From Felis catus (Eukaryota): DNA of 64,000 bases. Under the pieces are notes generated by a model. It saw only the letters and a program-made list of their open reading frames with translations, ran no database searches and was not told the origin of the DNA. The translations under genes were made by a program, and so were the position numbers. This document shows, piece by piece, positions 40,125 through 52,414 of this stretch (position 1 is the first letter of the stretch; every line of letters starts with the position of its first letter). The DNA is taken from assembly GCF_018350175.1 (NCBI RefSeq), contig NC_058383.1, positions 9,054,001 to 9,118,000 of the forward strand. The letters run 5' to 3'.

Positions 40125-43100
40125 AAACGTTAAAAAAAAAAGGGGGGGCAGAGTTGGTGAAAAGCCCTTGGATATAATCCCTGGATGGGCATCAAGGTCA
40201 GTCATTAGCATGAGGAGTTACTGGTCGGGTGGGGTCTTTCTCCCCTCCAAGCGGGTATGTCAGGGCATTGGGGGTGGGGGCGGGGGACAGGGGATTAGAT
40301 GCTCCAAGACCTCCCCCTTCTACCCCCCACCCCCACCCCGGTACCTGATGATGGGCTCATTGTCCACCTTCACGATGCAGTAGGGGTCGCTGCTGCCGGT
40401 GCTGCAAGACAGAAGGCCAGGGAAGGGCGGACTGGCGTCCAGCTGCAGGCAGGGTGAGGGTAGGGGTTCCCAGCCCTCCCCTCGGTGACCCCAGGAGAAA
40501 GACAATCAAGTCTGAGGTACCAGGGCCCGGGCTGGTGCCTGAAGGCTCCTCAGGCCAAAACGTGTGCCCCGCCATCAGTGTGGGAGGCACCGAGGCTCCC
40601 CTGCCCAGATGCAGGGGAAGGGGAGAAACGGCTCACTGCCACCCCCCCCCCCCCCCCCGCTCATGAATGGATGCCTCTTCCTGCCACCCTTTCCTCCCGC
40701 CCTGCCCTGTAACGGTGCCCAAGGAACAGCCCCGGGCAAGCTGGAGGAACCCCTATCCTCAACACCCAAGTCAGCCGTTTTTCTCCTCTGAGCCCTTGAA
40801 CCCTTACCCCTTGCTACTGCTGCTCCCCAGCCTGGACAGCGAGGCCCACCTCCCAGCCTCAGCCTCCCCCAACCCCCCCCCCACCTACCCCCCCAAGAGC
40901 CCTGCCCCGTCCCAGAAGCAGGAAGTAAGGTCTCCCCTTGGGTCCCACTGCCTACAAACTCTCCATCTTCTCTCCATCCCGGGACTGCTCGTGAGTACTG
41001 TCCTCAGCTGCCATCCCCACCTGACTACCTGAGCGCAGGGGCCACTTCTGCGTCCCCCCAGGGGCTAGGACAGGGGTCCCAGGAATGTTTCCTGGATACA
41101 CGAATGAATGAACAAATGTAACAGTCTGCCCCCGAGCTCTCGGCCACCCTGGAGAGAAGGAAGGGGCAGACCAACCTGGGACCGCTCAGGCGCCCTGGTC
41201 TCCGTTGGTGGGGGATTCCTGGGGTGGTCTAGGCCTAGGGCTGGTCCCAGGCAAGTAAGGGGGTGAGGACTGTCTCCAGAAGTGCCTTTCAGGCCCAGTG
41301 TCCATTAAAAGGAAGTGTATTTGCTTGTTGGAGGTTGGGGAAATTCCAAGTCTTGCTTCCCTTCTCAGAAGGGGCCCTTCCTGCAGAGGAAGCCACGAGA
41401 TGCAAACATCTCCAAAGGTCCTCCTGATGCTGACCGGAAATGTCTGCCAAGACTCAGTTCCCCACATGGCACGGTGGGGCCACGACGGTGGCTCACGGCT
41501 GCCTCGGGCCCTGACCTTCGAAGAGGGCCAGCCAGTGGGAGAGGTTCAGTAAATGTTGGCACCGCCCTAGACGCCTTGCTCTTCTTCCTGTAGCCCTTCC
41601 CCTTGTCCTTTAGGAGCCCCCTCCTCCAAAGAGCCCCTGGGGAACACCCCAGCTTGCATCCCACCACCCCAAAGCCAGGGGGCCGTAGGCCTCCAGCAAT
41701 CAGGGCCCTGTGCGCCCCAGGAGCTGGGCTGGGCGGCAGGGCCCCGGCAGCTGCGTGCATGTTTGCACCGGAACTCCGAAGGAGGGAGACATCGGTGTGG
41801 GCTGAGGCCTCTGGGGGGTGGACCCCCTCTACCCCGCCTCTGCCTTCACCCCTGGCACCCCTGTAGCCCAGCTCTGCCCACAGCGCAGTTCTCACTCAGC
41901 GAATGAATCTCTGAATGAAGAGTGAGGTCTGTGGCTTGTGTTACAGGCAAGGTCGCTGGAGTGGGCAAAGGCCCGGAGGCTGGAACAGACCTGCGTGTGC
42001 AGGGGCAGGGTGAGCTGGGTGGCTGGGTCACAGGGGGGCAGAAGGGCCGGTGTCAAGAGCGGGCTGAAGCCAGAGGCCCGACCACGATCCCTGGCCAGCT
42101 GCTGGGACCTGTGGCCCTGCCCAGTACCCTCTGCCCTGATGAGGCCCCTGGGCTGGTCCCCTGTCTGACTTCTCCTTCCCCAGCCTGGCTACTTGCAGGG
42201 TCTCTATATTTAGGCCTTTGGCAGTTTCCAGGCCGTGGAAGGGGAAGGATCAGGGCAAACCCTGAAATAGTTCCGGGCCCGTCCCCAGGGCCACTGGGCG
42301 TGGGAGCCAGTCACCAGTCATTATGAGACTTAGCTCCTGTCTGGCTGACCCAGGCACCCAAGGATGGGAGACGGTAGAGGGAAACAAAACAGGAACAGGT
42401 GGGCTCTAAAAGCTGTCGGTGATGGGGAGCACAGCTGTGCCCTGTGCCCTTAAGAGAACGAAAAGCCCATGAGTGGAGGTGGCAGGGAGGCAGGCCACGG
42501 CCGTGTGATGATGTCTCCCTCCTTAGAACAGTCTCAGTCAACATGGGCCACTATAAAGGTAGTGAGCTCCCCGTCCTCAGAGGTGTGCGAGTCCCGGCTG
42601 GAAGAGATGCTACTCAGGAGACAGGCCGAAGAGGCACAGTGAGGCAGGCTCACCACCACCCCTGCCTCCAGCACTCAGTGTGGGGCCTCCGGTGATCTTC
42701 AAACCCCTGACATCCGGAGCTAAATCATTTGCATGGCATTTGCAAGGCTCAGTCCCCACAGAGCCCCACAGCAGGCCTGAAACCTTGGTCCAGCCAGGAT
42801 TCTTGGCTTGTCAGCAGCAGAAAGAGTGGGTTTGAATGCTGACTTCCCTACCCAAACGCTGTGTGGCCTTGGCAGGTGACTTGCACACCCTGAGCCTCAG
42901 TTTCCCCTTCTACAAATTGAGCATATCTACTTTATAGGACAAATAAAAGGATTAAATGGAAAGGTCCTCCACACCCCTTATTCCCCCCCCCTACTGTGGA
43001 CCAGGCGACCCCAGAGCCCCAGGAATGCCAAGATGAATGTGTCCCGGTTCCTACCCTCACCCCCAGGCTGCCCAAGAAGCAGCAGCTGCCACCAAGGGCT

Positions 43101-45291
43101 TCATCCTAACTGCCCCCAAACCGCTGGAGGACACAAAACAGCAAATGAACAGCCCTGCCGGAGGGCACCAGGGAAAGCCAGAGCAGACGTCTGAGAGGGG
43201 TCCTGAAGGATGACCAGGAGTTTTCTGGAGGACTCTGAAGGGGCGTGTTTGAAGGCAGAAGATCCTAAACGTGTGCACAAGCAGGGCTGGGAAGAGCCCA
43301 ACCAGGAGAGGCTGGCAGGGGACGGGAGGCGGGGTCACAGCTAGATTTAAGAGCCAGGTGACAGGTCAGAGCCACTAAGGGGAGGGCGGAGGAAAGGAGG
43401 TGAGGGGAGGTGAGTAGGGAAGGGGGCAGGGCAAGGAAAGAGATCCCAGAGGCAAACCAACAGGCCTCGGTGGCCACTCCCCCGGGGAAGGAGACCCAAG
43501 GCCCCTCGGCTGTGCAGAGGCAGGGCTGGCCAGAGAAGCCGGCACCTTGGCCCCCTGGTAGACGAAGTCCACGGCTTCACCACCCAGGGCTGGGGAAAGC
43601 CTATGGCCAGGCACTAGGGCCTGCGGGGATGGGGGGGGGGGGGAGGTGACAGACGGAGGGGATGCTCCTCCCGGCAGCCACCAGCCAGAGGAGGCCCAGC
43701 TGACCTAGTTACCAGTGCCAGCAAGGGGGGTGCTCAGAGGCTGGGCCTGGAGGCTAAGACCCTCCTCGGAGTTCATTTGCCTGCTCTCCCCAGAGACCAC
43801 AGGCTCAGCTCCCGCCCCACCTACAAGCTCAGAAACCCACCTGGAGATGGCCCTCGAAGCCCCCTCCCTCACCCATTGCCATAGCAACTGCTGAGTCTGG
43901 CCTCGCCTGGCCCAGGGGGCCTTGAACTAGAACTGCTCAAGGCGCTGAGAGAGCGGGGAAATTCACGGGGGCCAGGGGCCACTGCGCCTATGGGAGAGAT
44001 GCCCGCGCCCCAGCCTCCTGCACCCCTCCCCATTCGCATCCAGGTGCCTGCTGAGGAGCCGGGGTTGGGCAGAGGAGGGGTGTGGAGGGGGGCTCCCGAC
44101 AGTAGACTTTGGACCCAATGCCGCCTCTGGGCTCCCCTTCCCCCACACCCTGCTCCAGGCAGCCAGCGCACCTGGAGCTTTGTGCTGAAGAGATTTTATT
44201 TTATTTTTTTAAGATTTCATTTTTAAGTGAACTCTACACCCAACCTGGGGCTAGAACTCACAATCCCGAGATCAAGAGTCACATGCTCTACTGACTGAGC
44301 CAGCCAGACACCCCTGTGCTTAAGGGATTCTGACCTCCAGTCTACAGAAGGGGAAACTGAGGCTTCAGAGATAAGATGCTGTCTAAGGCTGTATGCGAGG
44401 GAGGCAAGGATTGGATGGGGCAACTCAGCTCTGGAACCTCCTGAGAAAGGGGCTGGGACAAGCGGTCCCTAAAACCTCCTCAAATCTGGCCAGGGACCAG
44501 GGAAAGCCCTAGATGTTGGTGTTGGTTAGGAGCTCTGGCCCCAAGATGGTGCTCAGCCGTTTGGAGCCAGCATTTCACGTCTCTGAGCCTCAGTTTCCTT
44601 ATTTGTAAAATGGAACGATGAGAACGGCCTTGCTGGGCAGTTGTGAGGAGGTAAAGCCACCGCATGGCTCAGCCACCCCATCTTTGCACGGTACCGGCCT
44701 CCTGACCTACAGGTTCACCCTCCACGCCAGCGCGCAGCTGGAAGCCCCGGGACAGCCCCCCGCCCTGGGGGCGTGTTTCAGGTGCACACTCCCGGGTACT
44801 AAAGGTTTCGGAATTACTGAGGAAGACCCCTAGTTTCCAGGGGGCACCCCCACCCGCCCAGCCACACCCCCCGCAGTTCACTGAGGCATCTCCTAGCGAG
44901 GTCTCCCCCACGCTCAGCCCCTGTCCTGTTAAAGCTCTACCCTTCCTTTCTTGAGCCGCCGTTCGCTGTCTCCCTGCTAACCAAGGCCCCTTATGGACCC
45001 CCGTCCCCTCCCCAGTCCACAGCCCTTCCCTGTCACCCCCTGCCCGGTGCCTGCAACAAATCTTAACTGTCCCCATTTCCCTTCCAGTCCCCCACCGCGG
45101 CCACACTCGCCACACCCTCGCCGCTGCTCCACTTGTGGGCGGGCCGTGCGGACCCCAGAAAGGTCAGGCACAAGGGGCAGCGCCCCTCCCCAGAAAGTTG
45201 GGGCCCCCACCCGCGGCAGCGCTCACATGTCCTTGGCGGGCAGGTTCTTCCCCTCCACGATGCGGATGGACAGCGAGCTGCGCTTGGCCAT
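22026..45291 (-). CDS. RASA4: Ras GTPase-activating protein 4 (CAPRI; C2A-C2B-RasGAP-PH-Btk), 801 aa, 21 coding exons
   Basis: Exons (minus strand) 45291-45227, 40401-40345, 38317-38204, 37690-37629, 36478-36346, 34922-34841, 34329-34198, 33947-33856, 32590-32473, 32217-32067, 31811-31747, 31437-31325, 31083-30891, 30674-30537, 29995-29851, 29493-29327, 27067-26930, 25919-25784, 24262-24142, 22359-22295 and 22144-22026. All introns are GT-AG with consistent phases; sum 2406 nt. Motifs: MAKRSSLSIRIVEGKNLPAKD, SDPYC/SDPFV (C2 domains), LFRSNSLASK and FLCLRFVSPAI (GAP), YHPGVFRGDKWSCC (Btk). Confidence 0.96.
22261..22283. repeat. G23 homopolymer in RASA4 intron 20
   Basis: 23 consecutive G. Confidence 0.9.
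24950..25320 (+). mobile_element. MER3/MER33-like DNA element interrupted by a SINEC (about 24970-25152)
   Basis: GGTAGCCACTAGCCAC before the SINE and CACACTAGCCACATTTCAAG...CATTTCCGTCATCATCGAAAGTTCTA after it. SINE head, body and tail lie between. Confidence 0.65.
26769..26794. repeat. (CA)n microsatellite
   Basis: Direct reading. Confidence 0.85.
27777..28439 (+). mobile_element. Three nested same-orientation SINEC elements in RASA4 intron 16
   Basis: Three GGGCACCTGGGTGGCT heads near 27777, 27979 and 28211. Outer TSD AAAGGGCAGAGGATG (27759-27773 / 28440-28454) and inner TSD AAAAAATCAGGGGCA (27964-27978 / 28201-28215). Confidence 0.92.
33326..33495. mobile_element. MER53 palindromic MITE in RASA4 intron 8
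   Basis: Terminal inverted repeats GGTTGCCAGAT...ATCTGGCAACC around an AT-rich near-palindromic core that matches MER53 as I recall it. Confidence 0.8.
39638..40141 (+). mobile_element. Two nested SINEC elements in RASA4 intron 2; the inner one has extra 3' sequence and a (TAAA)n tail
   Basis: Heads at about 39638 and 39834. TSD AATAAACGTTA at 39823-39833 and 40122-40132. Confidence 0.9.
44193..44314 (-). mobile_element. Short older carnivore SINE
   Basis: T-rich tail, ending TGACTGAGCCAGCCAGACACCCC. Confidence 0.75.
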
Positions 45292-45840
45292 CGCGGGTCC
45301 GCGACGCGGGATGCGGGTCCGGGAAAGCCGGACGCCGGGGTCGGCTGCAGCGGGCGGCCAGCGCGGGACTGGGCGCTGGGGGGCGGGGGGGCGGGCCGCG
45401 CCGGGCGCGGGAGGTAAGCGCGGGGGCGGGGGAATCGCTTCCACTTCATTCACCCCCGCCCCCGCCCCACGTGCGGGGGCCAGTGCTCCCCGGAGGGCCA
45501 ATCGGCGGCCGGGGCTCCCCGGCGTGGGCGGGGCCGGCCCAGGCCGCCACGCTCATTGGCTGCCTGGGGGGATGGGAGGGGCCTGCGCCGAGATCTGTTG
45601 CCCTGCTGGCTCGGGGGCGCCGTGGGGCTAGGGGGCGACGGTCGGCGCCGGGTGGCCCGTGCCACGGGTATGTGTGGGCGGCGGGCGTGGTCCCAATGCC
45701 AGTTCCCAGGTGCACGGGGGCAGTGGGCCCTAGTGTGTACTCAGAGGCGCGGGCAAGTGTGGGGACACGCGGGTAGGGGACGCGCGAGGAGGACAGCCCT
45801 GGCCACCGGAGCCTGACGCGTGGGACGCGCTGCGTAGGTG
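45090..45840. promoter_or_regulatory. RASA4 CpG-island promoter
   Basis: CpG-rich around exon 1. CCAAT at 45498-45502, ATTGG at 45555-45559, GC boxes near 45452-45467 and 45526-45533, and an E-box CACGTG at 45468-45473. Confidence 0.75.
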
Positions 45841-46538
45841 TAAGATGAATGAATGAACAATCGGACGAACTTAGCAAACAATATGTGTGTTTATGTTAGA
45901 GCCACCTGGACACAGAAGGAGGCAGCCAGAGCCAGGGCAGTCCAGAGCTTTGGGGACAGTGTATTTGAGTCTGAAAGACCAGGATTCTTTTTGAGAACCT
46001 GTTTGTGAGGAGGGGGCTTTCTCAGTGATCACCTCACTTAACGCCTCCTCCCTCCCCCGAGGTGGGAACTTGGATGAGGAGCTCAGGTTTCTAGAATTGG
46101 CCCCTCGCGGTTTTCTCCCAGATCTAGAGGTCACAGTCCTGGGACTGGCACAGCCATAACTGGCCCTGGGCATCTGTCCCCCCCTACCCCGCCCTTCCTG
46201 CTCCGAGGGCACCGTCTGAAACATCACTGCAGACTTGGATCCTAGACCCAGCTTCACCACTCCCTTGCTGGGTCACTCTGGGTGGCTTTCTGAACTGCCA
46301 TGAGCTGGTTTCATTTCATCACCAGCAACAAGGGCGCAGTGACACCTGCCAAGGATGCCCAGGAAACACTATGTGTGGGTGCCTAGCACAGGTTCTATTT
46401 TCTCTTACCTTCTGTTTTCTTTTCCTATTTTGTTATTTGTACAACACACGCACCCTTTACCAAGTTTAAAAGCTGTTGGATATTTACAATGCTTTCCAAT
46501 GCTTCCTTTAAAAAAAAAAAAAGAAAAGAAAAAGAAAG

Positions 46539-47330
46539 AGGGTGCCTGGCTGGCTCAGTTGGTAGAGCATGTGACTCTTGGCCTGGAGGTTTTGAGTTCA
46601 AGCTCCACCTTGAGTGTAGAGATTGTTTTTTTTTTTTTTTTTTTTAATTTTTTTTTTCAACGTTTATTTATTTTTTTTGGGACAGAGAGAGACAGAGCAT
46701 GAACGGGGGAGGGGCAGAGAGAGAGGGAGACACAGAATGGGAAACAGGCTCCAGGCTCCGAGCCATCAGCCCAGAGCCATCAGCCCAGAGCCTGATGCGG
46801 GGCTCAAACTCACCGACCCGGAGATCGTGACCTGGCTGAACTCCGACGCTTAACCGACTGCGCCACCCAGGCGCCCCGAGATTGCTTTTTAAAAAAATGC
46901 TTTCAGGGGTGCTTAGGTGGCTCAGTCGGTTGAGCGTCTGCAGCTCAGGTCACAAGCTCACGGTTTGTGAGTTCGAGCCCCACATCGGGTTCTCTGCTGT
47001 CAGCGCAGAATCTGCTTCAGATCCTCTGTCTCCCTTATTCTCTGCCCTTCCCCCACTTGTTCTCTCTCTCTCTCTGTCTCTCTCTGTCTCTCTCTCTCTC
47101 TCCCCCCCCCCCCTCTCAAACATAAAAAACAAACATAACAAAAATGCATTTGGGGAGCCTGGGTGGCTCAGTCAGTTAAGCATCCAACTTCAGCTCAGTT
47201 CATGATCTCACAGTTTGTGGGTTCAAGCCCCACATCCGGCTCTGTGCTGACAGCTGGGAGTCTGCAGCCTGCTTCGGATTATGTGTCTCCCTCTCCCGCT
47301 CCCTCTCGCTCTGCCCCTCCCCAACTCACA

Positions 47331-47367
<37 letters not shown>

Positions 47368-47772
47368 AAATAAACATTAAAAAAAAATTTTTAATGCTTT
47401 CAATGAAGAGTCAGTCTTTCTTCTCTCCCAGACACAAATCCCCTCCTCCAGCGAATCCACATCCCTAATTCTTTGTACTGCCTACTGGAGACAGTCTCTG
47501 TCACAATGGAACAGCAGACATACATGTTTTTCTTTATTTTTTAAAATTTGTTTTTAGAGTTTACTATTGAGAGAGAGTGAGCGACAGCAAGAGCGCACGT
47601 GTGTGTGCGAGCCGGCGGGGGGGCAGAGAGAGAGGGAGACACGGAATCTGAAGCAGGCTCCAGGCTCTGAGCTGTCGGCACAGAGCCCGACGCGGGGCTC
47701 GAACCCACGAACTGCGAGATCGTAACCGGAACTGAAGTCAGATGCTTAACCAGCTGAGCCTCCCAGGTGCCC
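46539..47772. mobile_element. Cluster of five SINEC elements upstream of RASA4 (+ 46539, - 46625-46877, + 46906, + 47152, - 47527-47772)
   Basis: Repeated SINE heads, CT tracts and A/T tails. The young minus-strand copy is flanked by GAGATTG on both sides. Confidence 0.88.
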
Positions 47773-49804
47773 TGAAGCCAGGCTTCTCTTGTCCACTTCA
47801 GGATCTAGTCCCTGCTCACCCCCAGTGCTGGGGAGCCCACCTCCTCCACAGGCAGCCCTGTCCGTCTTCAAAGACTGTTCCAGATGTGAACAAGGCCTGG
47901 ATCCCCACCCCTCCGAGCTGCCAGAGTGGCCCTCGAGGCCTAAACCATGGCTGTTCTCCCCAGCTGCCTCAGCCCCAAGCCAGGCTCCCCTCCCCTGCCA
48001 TGAGTTCTAGATCCCACGCTGCCCCGGTCACTGTCCCTAGAAAGCCTCCAGTTTGTCACAGGCCTTTCTGGAGTGGAGCTTTCAGAGAGGGGCTGGGCTT
48101 CCTTGCTGTGCTGTGCCACGCAGAGCAAACATGAACAGACCAAACCCTCCTTTTGTCTGGGCGCTAGACCTTTAATGATACCACCCACAACCCCCCCCCC
48201 CCCCTTAGCTTTTTTGGGCCGTACTGCCCTGGTTTCTACTTCCAAACAACAGAAACCGGCTCTGACTAATTTAAACAGAAAGGGATTCCTTAGAAGGCCA
48301 TTGAGCGTGTCACAGATTCTGTGGGAGGGCCAGAGAACCAGGCCCAAAGGCCACACCCAGCCGAAAACAACGCCCCAAAGCACATGCCGGAAGTGACTCT
48401 GTGCAGACACCCCCAGCGCCGGCCCTAACCACAGACCCCTCGTCTCACACTGACACCGGAAGCCAGGGTGTTGCACTGAACTGTGGCATCCCCCCTGGTC
48501 ACCACAGGGCTGGGAAAGCCAATGACAGCACACATCTGTCTTGGGAGGGACCTACCTCAGAAGATGGGGTGGGGGTGGGGGGGAGGGAGGAGGGGCTTGC
48601 GGAGAGGAAGGGGCTTGGGGGGCTGGGCATCCCCGGGAGTGACGATATTCACCGCACGATCTCGAATTGCCATGTTGCACCCGGATGACATCTCTTTAGC
48701 ACCCACTAGATGCCACCTGGTTCCTCTAGATGCCACCCACACAGGTTTCTCATTTGATTCGCGTGACACCCCGAGCCTCAGGTGCTGTCACCCCCTTTCC
48801 CCAGAGACGCCTGCGGGGTGCTCAGCGTCCTGCAGCGCACCCACTTTACAAGGAAGGAGGAGGCTGTATGGGGGCTGCTCCCGCCCCTCCTGCTGACACA
48901 TGACTGCTCTCCCTCTGCACCACCTTGGCCTTGGCCTTGCAGCCTGGGAGCACAGCCTCTGAACGCGGGGACTCCCGGGGCGGAACATGGTCAACACGGA
49001 GGATTCAGCCAGGGAGGCCAGCCAAGCTGTCGGCGTGTTCCCAGAAATCGGTCTCTGGGGAGGGGTGAGTCAGAGGGCGAGGCCGGGAGGGGAGCCCAGC
49101 CCTGGCTCCCCCATCGGCCCAGACCCTCCGTCTGTGGAGGCCTGCAGAGCGGACCCCTTTGTGGAGCAGACCACTGCCCTCCTTTCCCATCCTCCTCGCT
49201 CACTCACTCATTCATTCACTCGGCCGCCCGCTTATGTGTTCGGCATTCACTGAGTGTCTGCTGTGTGCCAGGCCGCCTGCTGGGCACTGGGGACCCAGAG
49301 AACAGCCAGCTGTGGTCCGTGCCCTCAAGGGGTTCACAGCTGAAGGGAAGAAATGGACATGCAGGGGTGGGTAAGTGGGGGTGGAGAAATGAATGAGAGG
49401 TATGGAGGTGGTGTGGGCTCAGGAGATCTCGCGGAGGCTGTGACACTGAGCTGGTCTGGAAGGATGGGGAGGCGGTGCATGATGCGGTCACAGTGGGAGG
49501 GGAATGCTCCCCGTGGAGAGAAGGTTTGGAGCAGAGGAGCGACGTGGGTGGACGTGGGTGCTGGAGATGCAGGAGGCTGACATTTTGAGGCGTTAGCATA
49601 CGGGTCTCCCTCCCACCCTGAACTTCTGTGCCCCTGCCCCACGTGGTCGGGCGAATGGAGTATCTCCACGCACCTGTTTTTAGGAACCCACAGAAATGTT
49701 TTAGAAGGACAAAAAAATGAATATAATCTAGTGAATATATAACAAATGAGTCCGGTCAGGACTGTGTTCATCTTTATACCAAAGCAGTCATAAAATATAC
49801 GTCT

Positions 49805-49825
49805 TTTGGTTTTTGTTTTGTTTTG

Positions 49826-49862
<37 letters not shown>

Positions 49863-49979
49863 CAGGGCTCACCCCATGTGGGGCTCAAGCTCACCCCGTG
49901 TGGGGCTTGAACTCACAAACTGTGAGATCACGACCTGAGCCAAAGTCAGATGCTTAACGACGGAGTCACCCAGGTGCCC
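49805..49979 (-). mobile_element. SINEC with (GA)n tract
   Basis: (TTTTG)n tail, then (GA)n, ending CACCCAGGTGCCC. Confidence 0.85.
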
Positions 49980-50243
49980 AGTCATTTAGGTTTTAATATC
50001 TTGACCCATGCCAGTCAAAAGTGCCCAGGGCTCATGAAAGCCAATTCACACTGGATCAGAAAGGTGGGAAGAAGAACATGTTGGAGTTGCAGAGTCTGGA
50101 TGTTGGAGCTTCAGAGGAGCCTTGCAAGGGGCCGGCAGGACCAGTGACGGCCTCTGGGCTCCGCAGGGATAGGGAAAGAGCCCTGGACAAGGGACAGCCC
50201 TGAGATGAAAAATGAGTGTTCGATCGAGATTACATTGAGTGAT

Positions 50244-50445
50244 GGGGCGCCTGGGTGGCTCAGTCGGTTAAGTGTCCGACTCCTGGTTTTGGCTCAGGTC
50301 ATGATCTCGTGGTTTGTGGGTTCGATCCCCACATAGGACTCCACCCTGGCAGTAGGAGTCTCCTTGGGATTCTCTCTCTCTGTCTCCTCTCTCTGCCCCT
50401 CCTCCACTTGCTCTCTCTCCCTCTGTCAAAATGAATTTAAAAACT
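50244..50445 (+). mobile_element. SINEC
   Basis: GGGGCGCCTGGGTGGCTCAGTCGGTTAAG head, flanked by ACATTGAGTGAT on both sides. Confidence 0.88.
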
Positions 50446-50609
50446 TTAAGATGACATTGAGTGATAGAAAAATAGTTTTACTTGGGGAACCCCCCCCCCT
50501 CCACCAGCTTGCACGCTGAATGCCTTGCCCACACACGGGGCTATTTTTACACCTGCCTCAGCCAGGGCTCCACTCCACATCCCAATAAAAACATTTAAAA
50601 ATGCACCCA

Positions 50610-51870
50610 GTGCGGGGCAGGTGAAATGAGTGAAGCTGGTCAAAAGTTCCAAACTTCCAGACATAAGGTCAAATAAGCCCTGAGGATCTAACCAGTAGGG
50701 CCTGGTGACTGTAATTAACAATACCGTGTAACGTATTTGAAAGTCGCAAAGGGCGTAGATCTTAAAAGTTCTCATCACAAGAAAAAAAAAAATGAATTAC
50801 GTGAGGTAGTGGGCGTTAAGGAAACTTCTGGTGGTGATCACTTCACAATGCATACCTGTGTCACATCATCGTGTTGTGTACCAAAAACGAATACGAGGTT
50901 ATAAGTCGCTCACATCCTTGTAGAACTGGAACCAAATCGATTAAACGCACCCATACCAGGTTCCTCCAAAAATTAAAAATAGAATTACCACATGATTCAT
51001 CAATCCCACTTCCGGGTATTTAGCCAACAGAACTGAAACCAGGGTCTTGAAAAGGTATCTGTACCTTCAAGTTCATTGCAGCATTTTTGGTAATAGCCAA
51101 GAGATAGAAGCAACTTGAATGTCCATCGGCAGGAGGATGGACGGAGACAATGTGTTACACACACGCGTGCATGCACACTCACACACGGGAATATTATTCT
51201 GCCTCAAACAAAGAAGGGACTCCTGGAGGCCAGAGGAGAATATCAACTCTTTTTTTTATTTTAATTTAAAAAAAAAGTGTATTTATTGTTGAGAGAGACA
51301 GACAGAGCATGAGCAGGGGAGGGGCAGAGAGAGAAGGAGACACAGAATCCGACGCAGGCTCCAGGCTCTGAGCTATCCGTACAGAGCCTGACATGGGGCT
51401 CGAACTCGCGAACCGAGAGATCATGACCTGAGCCGAAGTCAGACGTTCAACCGACTGAGCCACCCAGGCGCCCTGAACATGCAACTCTTGATCTCAGGGC
51501 TGTGAGTTCGAGCCCCGCGTTGGGGGTAGTGTTTACATTAAAAAAAAGAAAAGAAGGAAATCCTGTCACATGCTACCACACGAATGAACCTTGTGGCCAT
51601 CACGCCCGGTGAAATCAACCAGCCATGAAAAGGCAAACACGGCATGCTTCTACTTATTTGTGATACCTGGCGTCGTCAAATTCTTAGGAATAGTAAGTGG
51701 GATGGTGGCTGCCAGGGACCGGAAGGTGGAAGGACGGGGGATGGGGAGTTGTTGTTTCATGGGTATAGAGTTTCAGTTTTGCAAGATGAGAACGTTCTGG
51801 AGATGGGTTGCCCAACAGTGTGAATGCACTTGATACCGCTGAAGAGTGCGCTTAAAAAAAAAAAAAAATT
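50610..51870 (+). mobile_element. Old LINE-1 3' fragments with nested SINEs (minus-strand SINEC about 51250-51473 inside a short plus-strand SINE)
   Basis: L1M 3' signatures (GATCTTAAAAGTTCTCATCACAAG; GGTTCCTCCAAAAATTAAAAATAGAATTACC; GGGTATAGAGTTTCAGTTTTGCAAGATG). Confidence 0.75.
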
Positions 51871-51876
51871 GGTTCA

Positions 51877-51994
51877 GGGGCACCTGGGTGGCTCAGGCGA
51901 CTTTCGATTTCAGCTCAGGTCACTCACGATCTCGCAGTTCGAGGGTTCAAGCCCCGAGTCGGGCTTTGCGCTGACAGGGCAGAGCCTGCTTGGG

Positions 51995-52034
<40 letters not shown>

Positions 52035-52120
52035 CCTCCCTCTCTCTGCCTGCCCCTCCCTTGCTCTCTATCTCTGTCTCAAAATAAATGAAAACAATAT
52101 TTTTTTAAATAAAAAATAAA
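51877..52120 (+). mobile_element. SINEC
   Basis: Head GGGGCACCTGGGTGGCTCAG, long (CT)n tract and A-rich tail. Confidence 0.85.
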
Positions 52121-52193
52121 AATTGCAAATAGACCCCAACTTTATATGTATATTTTGGCCATAAACGTATTTGAAAATAATGTTCTAACTTAG

Positions 52194-52414
52194 TTTTTTT
52201 TTTTTTTTTCCAACGTTTATTTATTTTTGGGACAGAGAGAGACAGAGCATGAACGGGGGAGGGGCAGAGAGAGAGGGAGACACAGAATCGGAAACAGGCT
52301 CCAGGCTCCGAGCCATCAGCCCAGAGCCCGACGCGGGGCTCGAACTCACGGACCGCGAGATCGTGACCTGGCTGAAGTCGGACGCTTAACCGACTGTGCC
52401 ACCCAGGCGCCCCC
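52194..52414 (-). mobile_element. Young SINEC_Fc-type element
   Basis: CpG-intact body and a pure T tail. TSD TAACTTAGTTTTT at 52186-52198 and 52415-52427. Confidence 0.92.
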
